From Bispira polyomma (lineage: Eukaryota): a stretch of DNA of 64,000 nt. Made by a program: the position numbers and the translations under genes. Shown here one piece after another: positions 1 through 13,780 of the stretch. The stretch's first letter is position 1. Each line of letters begins with the position of its first letter. The stretch covers positions 59,210,001-59,274,000 of the forward strand of contig OZ287748.1 of the NCBI GenBank assembly GCA_965649765.1. The letters are read 5' to 3'. The notes under the pieces were generated by a model. The model did no database searches. It was not told the DNA's origin and saw only the letters and a program-made list of their open reading frames with translations.

Positions 1-3000
1 GCTGTAGCAGGATGATGATAAAGAGGATATGCCTTCAAATCAGGACAGACACCTGTAAAATATACCAATTACTTTTTCCTTTACTAAAACATGTTCATTT
101 AAAATAGGTTAGATAGAGATATGTCATTGTTGTACACCTTTAGTTAAACTGGTTAGTTAGCACAGACAGCGAGTTTTGCAATTTGGGGCTTATTCTTCAA
201 TTTCTCTCTACTTTATTCTGAATAATTTCCCTACATTTTACATTCTAATCCATAATTTCCACATTCAATTTGGTTGCAACTTTGTCATAACGTTCGCATG
301 TAAAGTTATCAAATATATAATAATTTATCCTGAGGAGTTTTTCCAATCTCTTAAAGTTATTCTATTTTTTTTTCAATATTTTTATTTGCAATACAGTCCT
401 GCCATTACAAAAATTGGTGGTACACACACCCTGGCAGAGAGGTGAACCAGTGGGGTCATAAACATATTAATTACAGTAACATTTTGATTACGATACCATA
501 CATTTACACCTAATATATTACAGTGACTGTAGCACTTTTAGGATAATTATATACACTAAATACACTAATATTATATACTGATCATACAACTGAAGGTTAG
601 TTATGTGCCAGATGAAAGGTTATATAATTAAACTTTTAAATGTATGCCAGTTTCTTTTAAATGTTTCCTCATTAAAATTCAATTTGGCCAATAGTTTTTG
701 TTGTTCATATAAAATTTTAATTTTTTTCTGTAATTCAGACATTTTGAAGGCCATTGATTTCCTTGATTTGGTATATAAGAAATTTTTTGTAGCAATTAGA
801 ATCGTATTGATTGGAAGGAAGTTACTGTCTGTGAAAAGATATCCTAAAATAATTTTCTGGGAATTCAGTTTCAAATTGTAACCTGTTTCGCTGAAGATCC
901 AGATTTGTATATTTTGCCACAATTCTTGAGAATACGGACAGAGAAAAAAAAGGTGTGTTAAAGATTCGTTTGATGCATTGCAAACCATACAGTTTGGAGA
1001 GTCTGTTTTTGCCATTTTATAAAGAAGTTTTTGGGTACCAAGTATAGGGTGTAAAATTCTGTACTGAAACCATTTTAGATAGTTGTCCCCAATAGTTTTG
1101 AAGCAGATCTTAAAAACATACTGCCAGGTACAATTATCAATATTTATTTCTAGCTCTTTGTTCCATTTATTTTTTAAACCCATGTCTAAATATATATTAT
1201 TTGAAATAATATAAAAACCTTTCGCTCCAAACTTCATATGTAATAAACTATACAAATAGTTCGGAATGCATGGCTGATAAAAGAGAAGTGCGTTATCTTT
1301 CTTAAATTTTCTGATAAAAGTGTTTATTTCAGTTTTTAGTCTGATGTAGTCTAGAAAATTTGTAATTTTCATGGAAAACTTACTCTCAATTTCTCTTTGG
1401 CAGAAAAATGATTCATTTTGATCAATAAGATCTCTAACAAATACTACCCCATGTTTGTACCAGTTGGGAAAAAATAATGTAGTCTTAGAAATCTTGTTGT
1501 TATACCATATTGGTGAAGATAAAATATCATTGTTGTCTTTGATAGTAATACACTCACAATATTTTGCCCAACTGTCCAATACTTCTTTCCATAATGAATT
1601 GCAAATATTGCTAGAGATATTTTTATACCAAGTAGGTCCAAACTTAAATAGCATAGAAGTGTCACATATGGTGTTTTCGAAAAGTTCCAGCCAAGCCGTT
1701 GATTCACCTTTAAAAATTCGACTGATCCAGGTCAATTTTATTGCCTGAATGTGACAGTCTAAATTTAACATTCTAAGACCACCATCTTTGTAATCCTGTA
1801 CAATATATTGACGCTTAACTTTGTCAGGTTTATTATTCCAAAGATAAGAGAAGAGTATTGTTTTAATCTGCTTCAAAAAGGTTGTACCTGACGATGGAAG
1901 AGTCATAAAAAGGTGATTGAACTGTGACAAGATAAAGGTTTTAATAATTGTAATCTTGCCTAGTGGAGTTAAGTCTCGTTTCTTCCAAGCATTTATCAGT
2001 TTACTAGCTTTTTCTAGAGCACTAGAATAATTTAAGTGTGGAATTTCTTCTAAAATGACAGAAAATAGAATTCCCAGTAAATTAATGTTCAGTACCCCAT
2101 TCTAATTTGGAAGTTATGGCTAACTTGTCTTTTGAATACTTTTTCCTTCCAATTCAAATTACTTTTGTTTTACTGGTATTCATCTTAAGCCCTGAGTAGG
2201 TTCCATAAGTTTCAATTGCGTTCAAAGCAGCCTGCAAAGAGCTTTGTGAACCGTCAAGAATAAGAGTGGTATCGTCAAGTGTATTATTTTAAGTTTAAGT
2301 TATCGTCATCTAAATTACTATTGCTTTTTTAAGGTACAGTAATCTTGATTACATGTATTGTTATCTATTTTAGTAACCTCAAGTCTTATTGTTTTACTTT
2401 AGTTATGGCAACCTGACTGTAACCTTAGTTTCACTTAATTTAAGGTAATCTTAATTGATTGTATATCTTAAAGTTTCTTAATTGTATATGCTGTTTCAAT
2501 TATATGCTATTATTATACTAGTGCAATTAACATGGAGTATTAATAAATTTATTTTTACATCGTGGCTTTAAAAGACATTGCCTAGTGACCTGGTCAGTAT
2601 GTACTGGGGCAGACAAGTACTTCTCCTGGAGAGGATGATGTTATTAAATGTGTAAAGTGCGAGTTTATAACAGTAGAGAGGTTTGCATAATGTTTTACCT
2701 GTCCAGACACACATAAAGGATAGACCAACATACTGGTTTGCCAGTCCACTATTGATAAGGTTCAAAATGCTTAAAGGTAAGTTGATGTAAGTTTAGGGTA
2801 AGTTAAAGGTAAGTTAATTGAAGTTAATGCAATTTGAATTGAATACAGTAAAAGATTCATTCTGAGGTTTTATTTGACAGGTTCATATGTATGTACAGGT
2901 TGACATTAAGAGAAGTTAAAGTTGAATTTGTTAACATTTTCAGCCTCATACAGGCTACAGATAACAATAAAGGGGTTACAATTACCCGAAAAAAAGCATA

Positions 3001-6000
3001 GTATAAACCATATAGTCAGACATACCTTAATGTTAAAAATAATCACCCTGTCAAACAGCGATACAACAAAATAATATAATATCCAGTAAATTAAATTTGT
3101 AAAATAAACTAAAAGTTACTGGTAAAATGGCACATGTAAAGAGAATAATTATAAAGTAACCCTGTGTTACTGCACAGAGACCAACATAATTATTTACGCC
3201 TATTTTCAAAGTACAAAGCCACGTGTATGTGGCATTAAATCAAAATTGTTGCCCGTTTTGAGATTCACTGGCAAGGACTAGCCGTAAACAACACATAAAC
3301 GCCTGCCGCTATGTAAATAGTTCCCCTCTGTTACAACTTAACACTCCCATAATCTCCTAAAAGAAGGTTGGTTTGCTAGTCTCTTGTCGTTTGAAAAATT
3401 CATTATGTTTCAGCGGACAATGCTACATATATAAATATAAAGCGCTTTCAAGGAACACTTGCTACACAAATTCTTTATACAGGAACGCCAAATTGCGTTA
3501 CCCTGCCTTAGTCAGATTTTTAAACATTCATTACATCCCGAGTAGAAACATATAATGTTCCAGCATGGTGAAACCTTGACACCAACCGCCTAGCAAAGGT
3601 AAATCCTGCCTCTCAGGGCCCCTATCCCTGGCCCACCATTAGTGAACTTAGGAGAGGGAATAAGTCCCACAGGATCCCACAGGATCTCGCCTCCACACAA
3701 AGGCAAGTTGAAAACCTCCTTCCTGCACAGGTGGTATAGACTAAGTCACATAAGGTACATCAGTTTCCAGTTGTCTGCAATTTCCATAAAGATGACTTGA
3801 GGAAACAATTAAGGTCAAAATTTTATGTGGTTATAAAAATCTCCCATCTCAAAATGAGTGAAGTTGTTTTTACATGCTGCAGATGATAAGTTCGTTTAAT
3901 GAATGGTTGTAAGTCCTGTTATGGCAGTATCCATTCATGGCAGTAATTGGGTTTTTCAACGGACGAATTTTCAGCCATATTTTGTCCATGTAAAACTACC
4001 TAGTCGGCTGTTTTACAGTGAAGACGGAGAATTACGGGAGCAACGGGGTTTTCATCGATGTTAGACCTATATCCAGCCTGTTATACTTCTGCTGCTATAT
4101 CTGTAACAGGACGGACAAGACGGGGCCCGTTTAAAACCGTTTATCGGTTCTAATGCCATTGAAGTTCATCTACTATACAACACTACAACATTGGTAAATG
4201 GCAGGGTTCCATTGAGGTTCCGTTAATGTGCTGAAGTCCGTCTAGGGTGTTCCACCCTACCATATACTCCTTAGCGTTGCCCTTGACTACAGAGGATGCA
4301 GGCGTTTTTTCTAAACAGAAAGCAGTACTGGGTCCCAGAGACACGGTCCTCCTCCCGTAAACGGCTAGATGGTTTAGATCTGTTGTCTGTAAAGCAGTTT
4401 CACAGTGCTATGAAAATGATTTGATCCATCTTACACTGACCAATGGAACACATTCACAATATCTTTACAGTCTCAGTTCCTATTCCTAGATTTTTTCATA
4501 ATACATAGGGGTTTTCAGAATAAATCATTGTACAGAATGCTCTTTATGACAAAAGTCTAGAATAAATCTCTTTTCTGCAAGGTTTTCACTATTTTGAAGA
4601 CAGAACACCCATAGTGAAATGGTTTTTCTACTCTTCCTCAACTGTTTAATGAAATCAAGGGAGTTTTCTGAGAGAGTCCCATTTATCTTCATTGAGGTTG
4701 CTTTCTTACAGTTTGGGCTCTCAAATTCTTATAACGGATTTCTTGTGGAATTTTCTGTTTACTCTAACAGATTTATTGCAGAAATTTCAGTTGATTTGTA
4801 CAGCAGTTTCCACGGGAAAGTTTGCTTTCTCCATTTCATAAATTTTGTAGAATCAGTCTGATGCTGTACTTATTTCATGACTATGTTTCAAATCTTATTT
4901 TGTGAAGCACAAGCAGCTTTGCTCAAATAAGTTACTTCCAACAGTTGTGATGGATAAACTCTTCAATAGATGTTCACACATTACTGGTGTCATTTTCAAG
5001 GGATTTATGCAGAAATTCTCTACAGGAAGTTAGTAAGGAACAGCATTTTGTATGCAGAAGATATGACAGAAGTGATTCTGATCAGTCCAGTTCTTCAAAT
5101 TCGGGGGTTTTTCATCTGTTTCGACTTGCAGGGTACCCAGGCGACTCCTTAGCTTTCCAAGTTTTTGTGCTGAAGCATTTTAGTCGTACAGACCCGGATG
5201 CAGGAAGTGATCTTTAAGATAGAAACGTATGGGGTTTTGAAGGTCGTCTTCAACAATTTTATCAGGTATGCTGTTAAATCAATCTTATTCAACATGAAGT
5301 TGGTTTCTAAAGGACGAATATTGGATTTATGAATATGCCCCGTTTTTATTCGAAATTCGTTTGTGAGCGGCAATAATGTGGTTCCGGTCTACAATCTTCT
5401 ATTGAAGCGGTATACCCTTTTTAACAGTTTAGTTAAAAAGATGCATATTTTGTCAGAAATATTCGTTTTTGGACGAATATTTCTTTACAAAAAGCAGTAT
5501 TTCCAAGATAGAATTCTTATTCTATCAGTGTTTATAGTTCACTGATATTGTTCTAAAGTCAGAAAATGGCAACCTCTCAAATTCCGAAGGGCGAATACAG
5601 TATTGCAGTCCATTTTACCTTGCCAAACAACAAATGGTGATCTGTAATGCATGTATGCCTGTCAAGTCATCATTTGTATAAGCAATGTGAATGTTATACA
5701 CCTAATGAATCCTTATATTCGAATTATCAGATTTAATTGCGAATTTCCGTTCAGAATTGTCACAACTCAGTTACAATTGATTCATTTTCTTAACAAAGTG
5801 AAATTTACGGGATCATCACTATGTGGAACACTATTCCTTTTTCAAGTTCATTGTTCACATTCTGGAACACTAGTACTAGTACAGTTACTGCTTACTTAGT
5901 TACTTAGTTAGTACTGACTTAAATCAGTGTTTTTCTACATTGTCGGTTCGCAATTTACCTTTAGGAGAACATGAAGTTTGTTCATTTTGGCAACTTAGCT

Positions 6001-8418
6001 TAACTTGTGTCTGGAGAAAGCCTTTCCTCAAGGGAATTTTTCACATTGGGTCTTTTCAATCTTACTTAAGACAACTATTGCATGTACCCACAGTCTTGGC
6101 ATCTGCTTTACCAGTATAATCAATCTTTTTAGAACACTTTAAGATGGTAGGAAACCCTTCAAATGTTCTAAAAAAGAAGCTTTCCAATTACATCTACAGG
6201 TATACAATTTGTTCTGGTATAAGTAATTCTACAACTTTGTAGAGACAACCTTATACAGCGGTCTGCTACAACTCTACACAGTTTTTTCTAGATGGTTCAT
6301 AAACATCTCATTAGGTGTATTATGGAATTTATCATCATGTTTACATTTGACCAGATATATGTTAGTACGTTCAAATATCCTGTCAGATTTCCTGTAGAGA
6401 AGAGGAAGTGATTTTCTCAAATGGTCGCTTCATCCTCAAGTATATTCGACACTGTTTGCAATATGGGGCACCTATCTCAGATATTTTCTAACATATCTAT
6501 AGATTTGTTTTGTAGTTGGTAATTTCACTGATCTCAAACCACAAGGGATGACACTACATGCATTGTATCTATTATGGGAGGAATTTGTCGGCTATGTTTT
6601 CTGTCCGACAGCCAATTTTTCTCAATTTATACAAATAGCAACTTGCGATTGTATCATGATAATAATATCTCCAGATTGATCAGGGATGTCTTGGTTTTGG
6701 GAACCATTAATCATTCATCTCTTAAACCACTTTCCAGTCAGTTTCCACTGTGGAATATCTTTTGTATCAAGTTTTGCAAGCAGCAATCTGAGCTATCTGA
6801 ATCTGCTTGCTGTTTTTTGTCATTCAAGATCAGTCTACATTCTCTGCTAAGGTGCAAGTCGAATTAAGGCGTCTTGAAGATCATCCGTAGGAAAGGTCTG
6901 CGAATCAAGGTAGACCATATTTAGGACTGGGCCACAGGGAATTAGGTGGACATCTCAGATTCCTCTATATCACAAATTTCAGAGTTTTTAACCGTCTATT
7001 TGTGTTCATACTCTTAAAGCTCAATACTATTGCTGTTACAGAACACATATTATTGAGGGATTTCTTTCTATAGGGTAGGAAGTGTCAAAAAGCTCTGAAC
7101 TTAAGATGTTTTTCCATAAAGATAAACAAAGGTCCAACATAGCCATAGCCTGTGTGAGACTTGTTCTTTCTCTTCTTGGCTTTATCTTCTATTCTTCTTG
7201 GTGGTGGCATTATGTGTGTACAGTGTATGTAACTACAATCATAACTAATGCCTATTGAGGCAGGACACTTATTCCTTTGAAATATAACTGTTTAAGTTTT
7301 TTATAGGAATTTTTTACAGTGTTATATATGGGTTATGCACATGGAGATAACACACTTATTCACTTATTATGAGATATAGCTGTTTAAGTATATTCTAGGA
7401 ATAGTTCAGTGTTTTTTATTTGTATATATCTGTAAATCAGGACATTATCTAAACCTTGACTTACATTCGCAATGCAATTTTGGGTGATGGAGAAGATATT
7501 TCCCTCTAGATCCTTCAAGGCTGTATTCAGCAATTGTTAGGAATTGATAGGACCATTTTACGCAATAAAATTGGAAATTTTATTGGTAATTGGAATTTTT
7601 GTTAGTAAAATTCCGATCAATTCCTAACAAATCGTACTTCCCGACCCACCACCCTGCATCAACATCTTCTCAGGGGAAGTGACTACAATTTTGTAATGAA
7701 GACAATGGGTGTAAGTCCACTTGGTGCGCAGTTGCGTAACCTGTGACCTGTATAATGGTGTGTGCTAAAGCGGGTTGGCTAAGGTAGTGTCGGGATTTTC
7801 GTTTCGACCGAGCCGACTCCTGGCGGAGTCAGTTATAGCAATTGTTAGGAATTGATAGGATAGGAATTTTACTGACAAAAATTCTAACTACCAATAAAAT
7901 TTCCAAATCAGTAATATAAATAGGCCTTACGACTCAATAGAAAAACACTGATATTCATGAAAAGGCCACTATCAGATACCGGCAGACGTCTGCTAAACCA
8001 TCAGAATTTATTGGTCATGGAGCGAAAAAATTGGCAGGTTGACCCTATTTTTCAACAAAAATTGAGAAATAATTGAAAACCACAAACCACAAAGTAACTA
8101 TGGGTACCCTTATTTAACTGCAAATATATAAGCCGTTTCTCAACGGATGTAAAACATGTTATGTCACAATGTATTTAAACAAATATTTAAACAGAATATA
8201 TTATGGGTTGTGGGCTGCACAATATCAGGTGCATACGATCATGTGTGGCTTTCTACTCTCATTAAAAAAATTCAACATTACTCTTAAATTATAAAGAAAT
8301 CCTACTATATGGCTCATATGTCTACCACCATATCTATTTAATAAACATACATGTATATACCTTGTGAATATTTCAAGCAAAACACCATACAAACAGTCAG
8401 TGCCACAAGAAAAGACAT
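1..8418 (-). CDS. 5' part of receptor paralogue 'copy 0' (exon 1 8361-8418 signal peptide; exon 2 starts at 52 and runs off the window)
   Basis: Exon 1 reads MSFLVALTVCMVFCLKYSQ-G|GT (58 nt, same length and phase as exon 1 of genes A and B). After a TTTACAG acceptor at 53-59, exon 2 reads (G)VCPDLKAYPLYHHPAT, nearly identical to the start of exon 2 of A (20620) and B (31865). The ~8.3 kb intron is filled with TEs. Confidence 0.75.
364..2277 (-). mobile_element. Tx1/L1-clade LINE, 5'-truncated ORF2 3' end (RT C-terminus and zinc-binding domain)
   Basis: ORF 620-1930 has the typical L1/Tx1 ORF2 tail (GGLRMLNL, WFQYRILHPILGT, CxxC...ESLTHLFFLC). Frameshifted upstream continuation DDTTLILDGS...SGLKMNTSKTKV to ~2277; AATAAA plus A-rich tail at ~364-390. 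Confidence 0.9.
2278..7520. other. Unclassified, heavily degenerate inserted sequence (probable old TE)
   Basis: Begins abruptly where the LINE RT breaks off. It has an AT-rich TTAAC/GTTAA-rich end and an internal region with only short broken ORFs and no motif I can assign. Boundaries approximate. Confidence 0.3.
7530..7910. mobile_element. MITE-like inverted-repeat fragments
   Basis: ATTGTTAGGAATTGATAGGA...TCCGATCAATTCCTAACAAAT palindromic unit at 7533-7632; its right half recurs inverted at 7842-7908. Confidence 0.5.
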
Positions 8419-10517
8419 CCTAATATCCAAGTTTCATAGTTGTATACAAATACTTGAGTTGTGAACAGACTTATAATTTACCACTGGTTTACACAAAGTA
8501 GATTACTGGGTATATATTTACATTGTATATAAACATAAAGTTGCAAGGATGTCCCTATACATAACACTCTGCCCAACAGATAATTCAACACGATTACTTC
8601 CTTGTTAGTTGAGGGCCATTGTAGGTTTTAAATAGATAGAATAAATAGGATATATATATATATATGGGAAAAAACGTCCAGTCAGAAACGACTTTCTAAA
8701 GTACTGTAGAAACCCAGTTCAGTGCACAGAAACTATTTTAGAAGAAATTGGATAAATCCCAAGCCTCAGGCAACACCGTTTGAAGTATCCCCGGTTATAT
8801 TTATATGGGCACTTTAATAGACATCCCAGCAATGCATTTTGGGTAGTATAAAACCCAAGTGGTATGCATTTCCATTGAACTGTGACTACATTATTTTCTC
8901 ATAATGTAGTGTTAGAAAATAATGTAGTGATAGCATTTTTTCTACCATTTAAAAAAGTAAATATTTAAAGATGCATTCTTAGTTTAATTTCAATTTTTAT
9001 TTTAAAATGTTGTTTTAGCTGGGTTGGGTTTTACCTAGTCCGGGTACCTATTAAGTTTACATAATGTAAGTGTCACGAGGTGTTTATCTATATATTAATA
9101 GAAATAGAGATATTGTATGGTTTATGAATAACAAGCACACCGATATTGTAACAATAGAGGATAATATAAATATATATTTTTTCTATAATAAAGGGTAATC
9201 GTAAAATCAGCTTATAACATCTATTTAGTGTGATTTAACTGGGTTGATAGAATAACAATTCCCTTCATCAAACCTATATTTTGGCTTAAATATAACAACA
9301 TTGTTTCACACATCTAAATTTAAATTCATGAAAACACTGCATTTTGCAAAATTGTTATGATCAATTTCGAAATTTGTCAACAATAATAGAAATAATAATA
9401 CAGACTTGAAAAAGCATGCTGTGTTAACGTTTTAACTATTCATATGTAATGTATTGTGACACTTTAGATGCACCAAAATAGTCTTTAGAAGTTTGTCAAT
9501 ATTTTAACTCTAGAATAATTGAAAGGCAACTTCTCTTCATATAAAAATGAGGTTTAGGGAAACATAAACAATGTTTTTGTCATTATACGCATCAGTTTGT
9601 TTTCGAAAAAATGTGTTTGAAGAGACATTTTGACAAAGTAAATATGATGTCATTCGATATGTATATGTCAGCATTACCTGTGAATGACTTAAGTATTAGG
9701 AATAGGAAGATATGGTGTGTGGAATAGACTTGGTGTGTTGGAAAATACGATCAGAGCCAATGCATAAGAAGCTAGTTTTTTCATCAAAATAAGATGACAG
9801 CATTTTATGCCAGATAAATTACATACAAACAAACACTGCAGTATTGGATAACCAGCTGAAAGTCCCAGTTACGCAATGACTTTAGAGTCTCCGAAAACTA
9901 ACAAGTTTGTGTTCCATTTTATGTACAGTGTGTAAACATTTACCATTTTAGACTTGATTAAATTGAAAAATCGCTCTATATACTGACACGACTTCTAAGT
10001 AAATGTATTTTATGTTCCCCCACAATTATTACTCTGGGTACAGTTTATTCTAATCTACAGGAAGGTGAAAAAGAAAGACAAATACAAGAGTGAAATAAAA
10101 AGTGCACCAAGTTTATGTTAAACGTTATATGAACACACATACGTTTGGGTCTTAGTTACTACAAATTATCCCCTGAAAATTGTGAAATATTTTACCTTTG
10201 GGAAAAGAGTACATTAAACACTTTGCAACATCCACAATTCTACATTTCATATATTTGCGCCATTGAAAAAAAACAAACCATTATGCCCCATTAAGCCAGA
10301 GAAAACACAATAATGCCAAAAAATTTGATTAATATCTTTACATGCTATACAATCCACTTTACACATTAGTACTATAACAATGTCAACACATCACGTGACC
10401 AATGACGTCACGAAAATATTTAGTAGTTGTTAGTTTAGTTTCTACATGGTCTAACAAGTTACAATACGAGAATACAAAAAGCATACAAACAGTGTATCAG
10501 TATAACTTTACTTATGT

Positions 10518-11141
10518 CCTGGTCACACCTACACTTTCTAGAGCTATGTTTGTGTCACGTGTGAATTTAGGAAACGGTTTAAAACGTAGTAGGAAGTGAG
10601 AATCCCATCTGTGATCATTTCTTTACATTTTGCAACGTTTTGTGACGGATAAAATCGTTCCCAAAACGTCTCCGTTTCATCTTTTTCGTGTAGTGCTTCA
10701 AACTGTTTGAAACGCTACAGAAACAGCTCCCGTTTCTCCCCGTTTCTCTGTTCATCCCCGAACGTTTCCGAAAGTAGCATAGACGTATCAGTAAGTAGAT
10801 ATACGTAGTAGTAGGGGGCGAGGAAGTCCCAGTAAGTAGTGAGATCGTCTCCGTTAGTCAAGAAAGTTTCACTAAGTAGCAGAAGGCAGTAGAACACAGC
10901 CGTAAGTAGCAGTACATTACTTCTATGTAGTAGTAGGTAGTGATATCCTACCAGTAAAGGGTTCGTTTTTTTGCCCCCTCTTCGTGTGTACAAGTACCAA
11001 CATCGTCCTGAAACGTCACAAAACGTCACAATCGACTACCCCTTTATGGAAATGACTTCACTTTGATACAATACTACCACGTTTTCAGTCTATATTGCTT
11101 AGGTACGTTGGGGTACGTTAGCACGTGTAGGTGTGACCAGG
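10518..11141. mobile_element. Non-autonomous TIR element (PIF/Harbinger-like MITE)
   Basis: 17-bp TIR CCTGGTCACACCTACAC ... GTGTAGGTGTGACCAGG; a second copy lies in opposite orientation at 21284-21972. Confidence 0.75.
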
Positions 11142-11989
11142 CCATTAATGACGAAGACATCAGACCCACTGGATAATAGCATTAATTAGCTTCCATTTTG
11201 TTCTAAAAATTTCATCTTTTTGGTTCATCTCCACTAAATACATATTTTTGTAATTACTGGCAGTTATGCAGCTAGATGGGGGTTGACTGAACATCGAGAG
11301 CATTAAAAATGTAATTTTTTGATATTAAATAAAGTAGGTTTTGGCAAGAGAAATTCATATTTATTCCCGCTTTTTCACTAACCCATTTTTTAAATTGTTG
11401 CCATAAACTATGACTCTTTGGGCAACTTACTAAACTGTTAAAAAACCACACTACATTGGGACTGTATGAGTACACAGCTGTGCAACATTACAAGAAAATG
11501 CTGCATAACTTAAATGGGTGCATTGCTGCACCATACTATCTACAGTGTGCGTTTATATTCATTTAATGTACCAAAAATACACAAGTGTATTTCAGGGGTT
11601 GTGAGCATTTTAGGCCAGTATTCATTATTTTGATGAAAAACCATGGCCTCTAGAACCGACTAATCTTATGTTATTTGCTGAACCTTAATTTATTCATATT
11701 TACAAATATAAGCCTTCTTCATAAAAAAAGCCATTTATGCCTTTTGCTAATCTAAGCAATTTTTTATAGCACTTAATCTCTGTACCAGTGGATTCTAAGG
11801 AGCATGAGACAAAAAAAAATCATTTTCATAATTTCATACAGCCATTGGACGTACAGGGGTCATGACCGTTGAGATAATAGTAAGGGAGGGTAAGGTGGAA
11901 ACCCTAGGTTTGAGCTTCTTTCTAAAACAGGTAAATGGGGAGGCAGTACGAATATCATGAGGCAGATTATTCCAAAGCCAAGGAGTGCG

Positions 11990-12510
11990 GGTTTTATCCA
12001 GTAGGGTTTTTTTCTGGCAAAGTTTGTCTAGTAAGGGTTTTATACTGTAGGGGTTGAGGGTTTCACCCAGTACAAGTGTTCATCGAGAAGGGACTTTATC
12101 AAGTAGAAGTTTTATCCACTAAGAATTTTATCCAGTAGGGGTTTCATCTAGTGTAGTTTTTATCCAGTGGGGGTTCTTCTAGTAGAGGTTTTATCCAGTA
12201 AGGGTTTATCGAGTAGGGGGTTTATCTGGTGAGGTTTATCCAGTAGGGTTCATCTAGTAAGAGTTTTATTAAGTAGGGGTTATGTCTATTAGTAGGGGGT
12301 TAATCTAGTGTGGTTTAATCCGGTGTGGTTTTCATACAGTGAGACTTTTATCTACTAGGCTTTTATCCAGTAGTTTCAGTTTGTGGTTTTATCTACTATG
12401 GGTTTCATCCAGTGGGGGTTTCATCTAGTAAAGGTTTATCCAATGTTTGATCTAGTAAAGGTTTCTCCAATGTTTGATGCAGTGCAAGCTTTGTCCATAA
12501 GAGGTTTTGT
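11990..12510. repeat. Degenerate ~20-bp tandem repeat (TTTTATCCAGTAGGGG-like)
   Basis: Many diverged copies of a tttatc(c/t)agtagggg motif; no unique spacers. Confidence 0.8.
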
Positions 12511-12559
12511 CCTATCGTCAATTTGTTCACCCATGAGTTCTTACCTCTAAAATCGGACA

Positions 12560-12634
12560 AATTGGTTATGGTTAACTTAACCACAATTGGTTATGGTTAA
12601 CTTAACTACAATTGGTTATGGTTAACTTAACCAT
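12560..12634. repeat. 25-bp tandem repeat x3 with palindromic core
   Basis: ATTGGTTATGGTTAACTTAAC(C/T)ACA units at 12561, 12586, 12611. Confidence 0.85.
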
Positions 12635-13287
12635 AGCCAGGGTACTAGACTAATTTCGTGAGCACATGGCTTCGTTTCAGATCTACAACTTTCGATCATT
12701 AGCACTTTAAGTCTGAGCACATGCACAAGTTTTAGTGCTAGAAAAGACAAATAGAATGGTATATTCAGTTTAAAATGTCTGCTTTGGGATGAAAGTTCAA
12801 TTTTCATGAGATGGTAAACTATAACTAGATTTTTTAGAAAACTGCTTGTCCTAATACTTCAGATACGGCAAAACTATCAATAACTCATCAAGTGAATTTA
12901 TACCATTACACTATTCATAGTCATCAATATTATTTTAAACTAATCAACATACACAATAATTCTGCTACAAGTTAGTTTTTATTCCATTCAAGCTAGTGTA
13001 GATAGTACTATTTTTTCTATTACAAAACACTGTACAAGTGAAAAAGTTTATGAGAACTACCTTTCTAACTGTTTATATGTATAATATTAATATCTCAACA
13101 AACAGCGACTCTATTGCATCTATATTACATATATCTGTTACATTAAATTATAAAGACACTATACTATAATGTGGTCCAGTTTATTGATTTTCATTTGCTG
13201 CTAGTTTAAAACTAATAACTTAATGTTGCATTTTCCACATCAGGTGTCATACTTCCATTCTCATATATGGTATTTTCTTGGACAGTT

Positions 13288-13780
13288 TCAACCCACGGTT
13301 GTATTCTTAGTGATTTGTGCCACCTGTAATGTTGCATATTCAGTTTTACAAGGACTCAATGACTTCTCAACAAACTCTAATACAGCGTACTCATTTTTAC
13401 TAGGACCCGGTGACTTCTCTTGATTCATGTATATTGCAGATGTATTTTGAACATTGCGACTGCCTCCCTCATTGTAATAAATATCCGATATAGCTTGTTT
13501 ATCTGGCCTTGTATCTCGTTGTTTGTTCATAGTTATATCAGGACATGTAAAATCTCGATCCATTTGTCTATTTCTGCCATTTCCACTTTCTTGGGTTACT
13601 TCTGATGTTTCATAGATTCCTGTTTCTTCAGATTTGTCAACTATTACTCCATTGTTACTGGCTTCTATTGTACTATCTGTTTGCTGTGACATGTTAAGGT
13701 GAGGCATATTTTCATAATTATGTTCTAAAAAGGAATGACCTGGAGCATTTGTGCCATCCTTTCCAGCTGCTTTTTTCTTC
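13288..13780 (-). CDS. Gene A terminal exon: cytoplasmic tail with multiple Tyr motifs
   Basis: RKKKAAGK...HNYENM...GIYETS...IYYNE...AIYMNQ...NEYAVL...TEYATL...VG*; includes ORF 13288-13707. Confidence 0.85.

Noticed and set aside
620-1930. Host protein-coding gene
   Set aside because: It is the C-terminal part of a LINE ORF2, with a frameshifted upstream region and an A-rich tail.
10715-11029. ORFs 10715-11029 and 21503-21811 as a conserved small gene pair
   Set aside because: Their similarity comes from being two copies of the same MITE; low-complexity CTA/TAG-derived translation.
12560-12634. Palindromic repeats as a mini-CRISPR or operator array
   Set aside because: Only three head-to-tail units with no spacers.
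13320-13400. Canonical ITAM or ITIM call for NEYAVL...TEYATL
   Set aside because: The 13-residue spacer exceeds the ITAM consensus and the -2 residues (N, T) do not fit the strict ITIM consensus; reported only as ITSM/ITIM-like.
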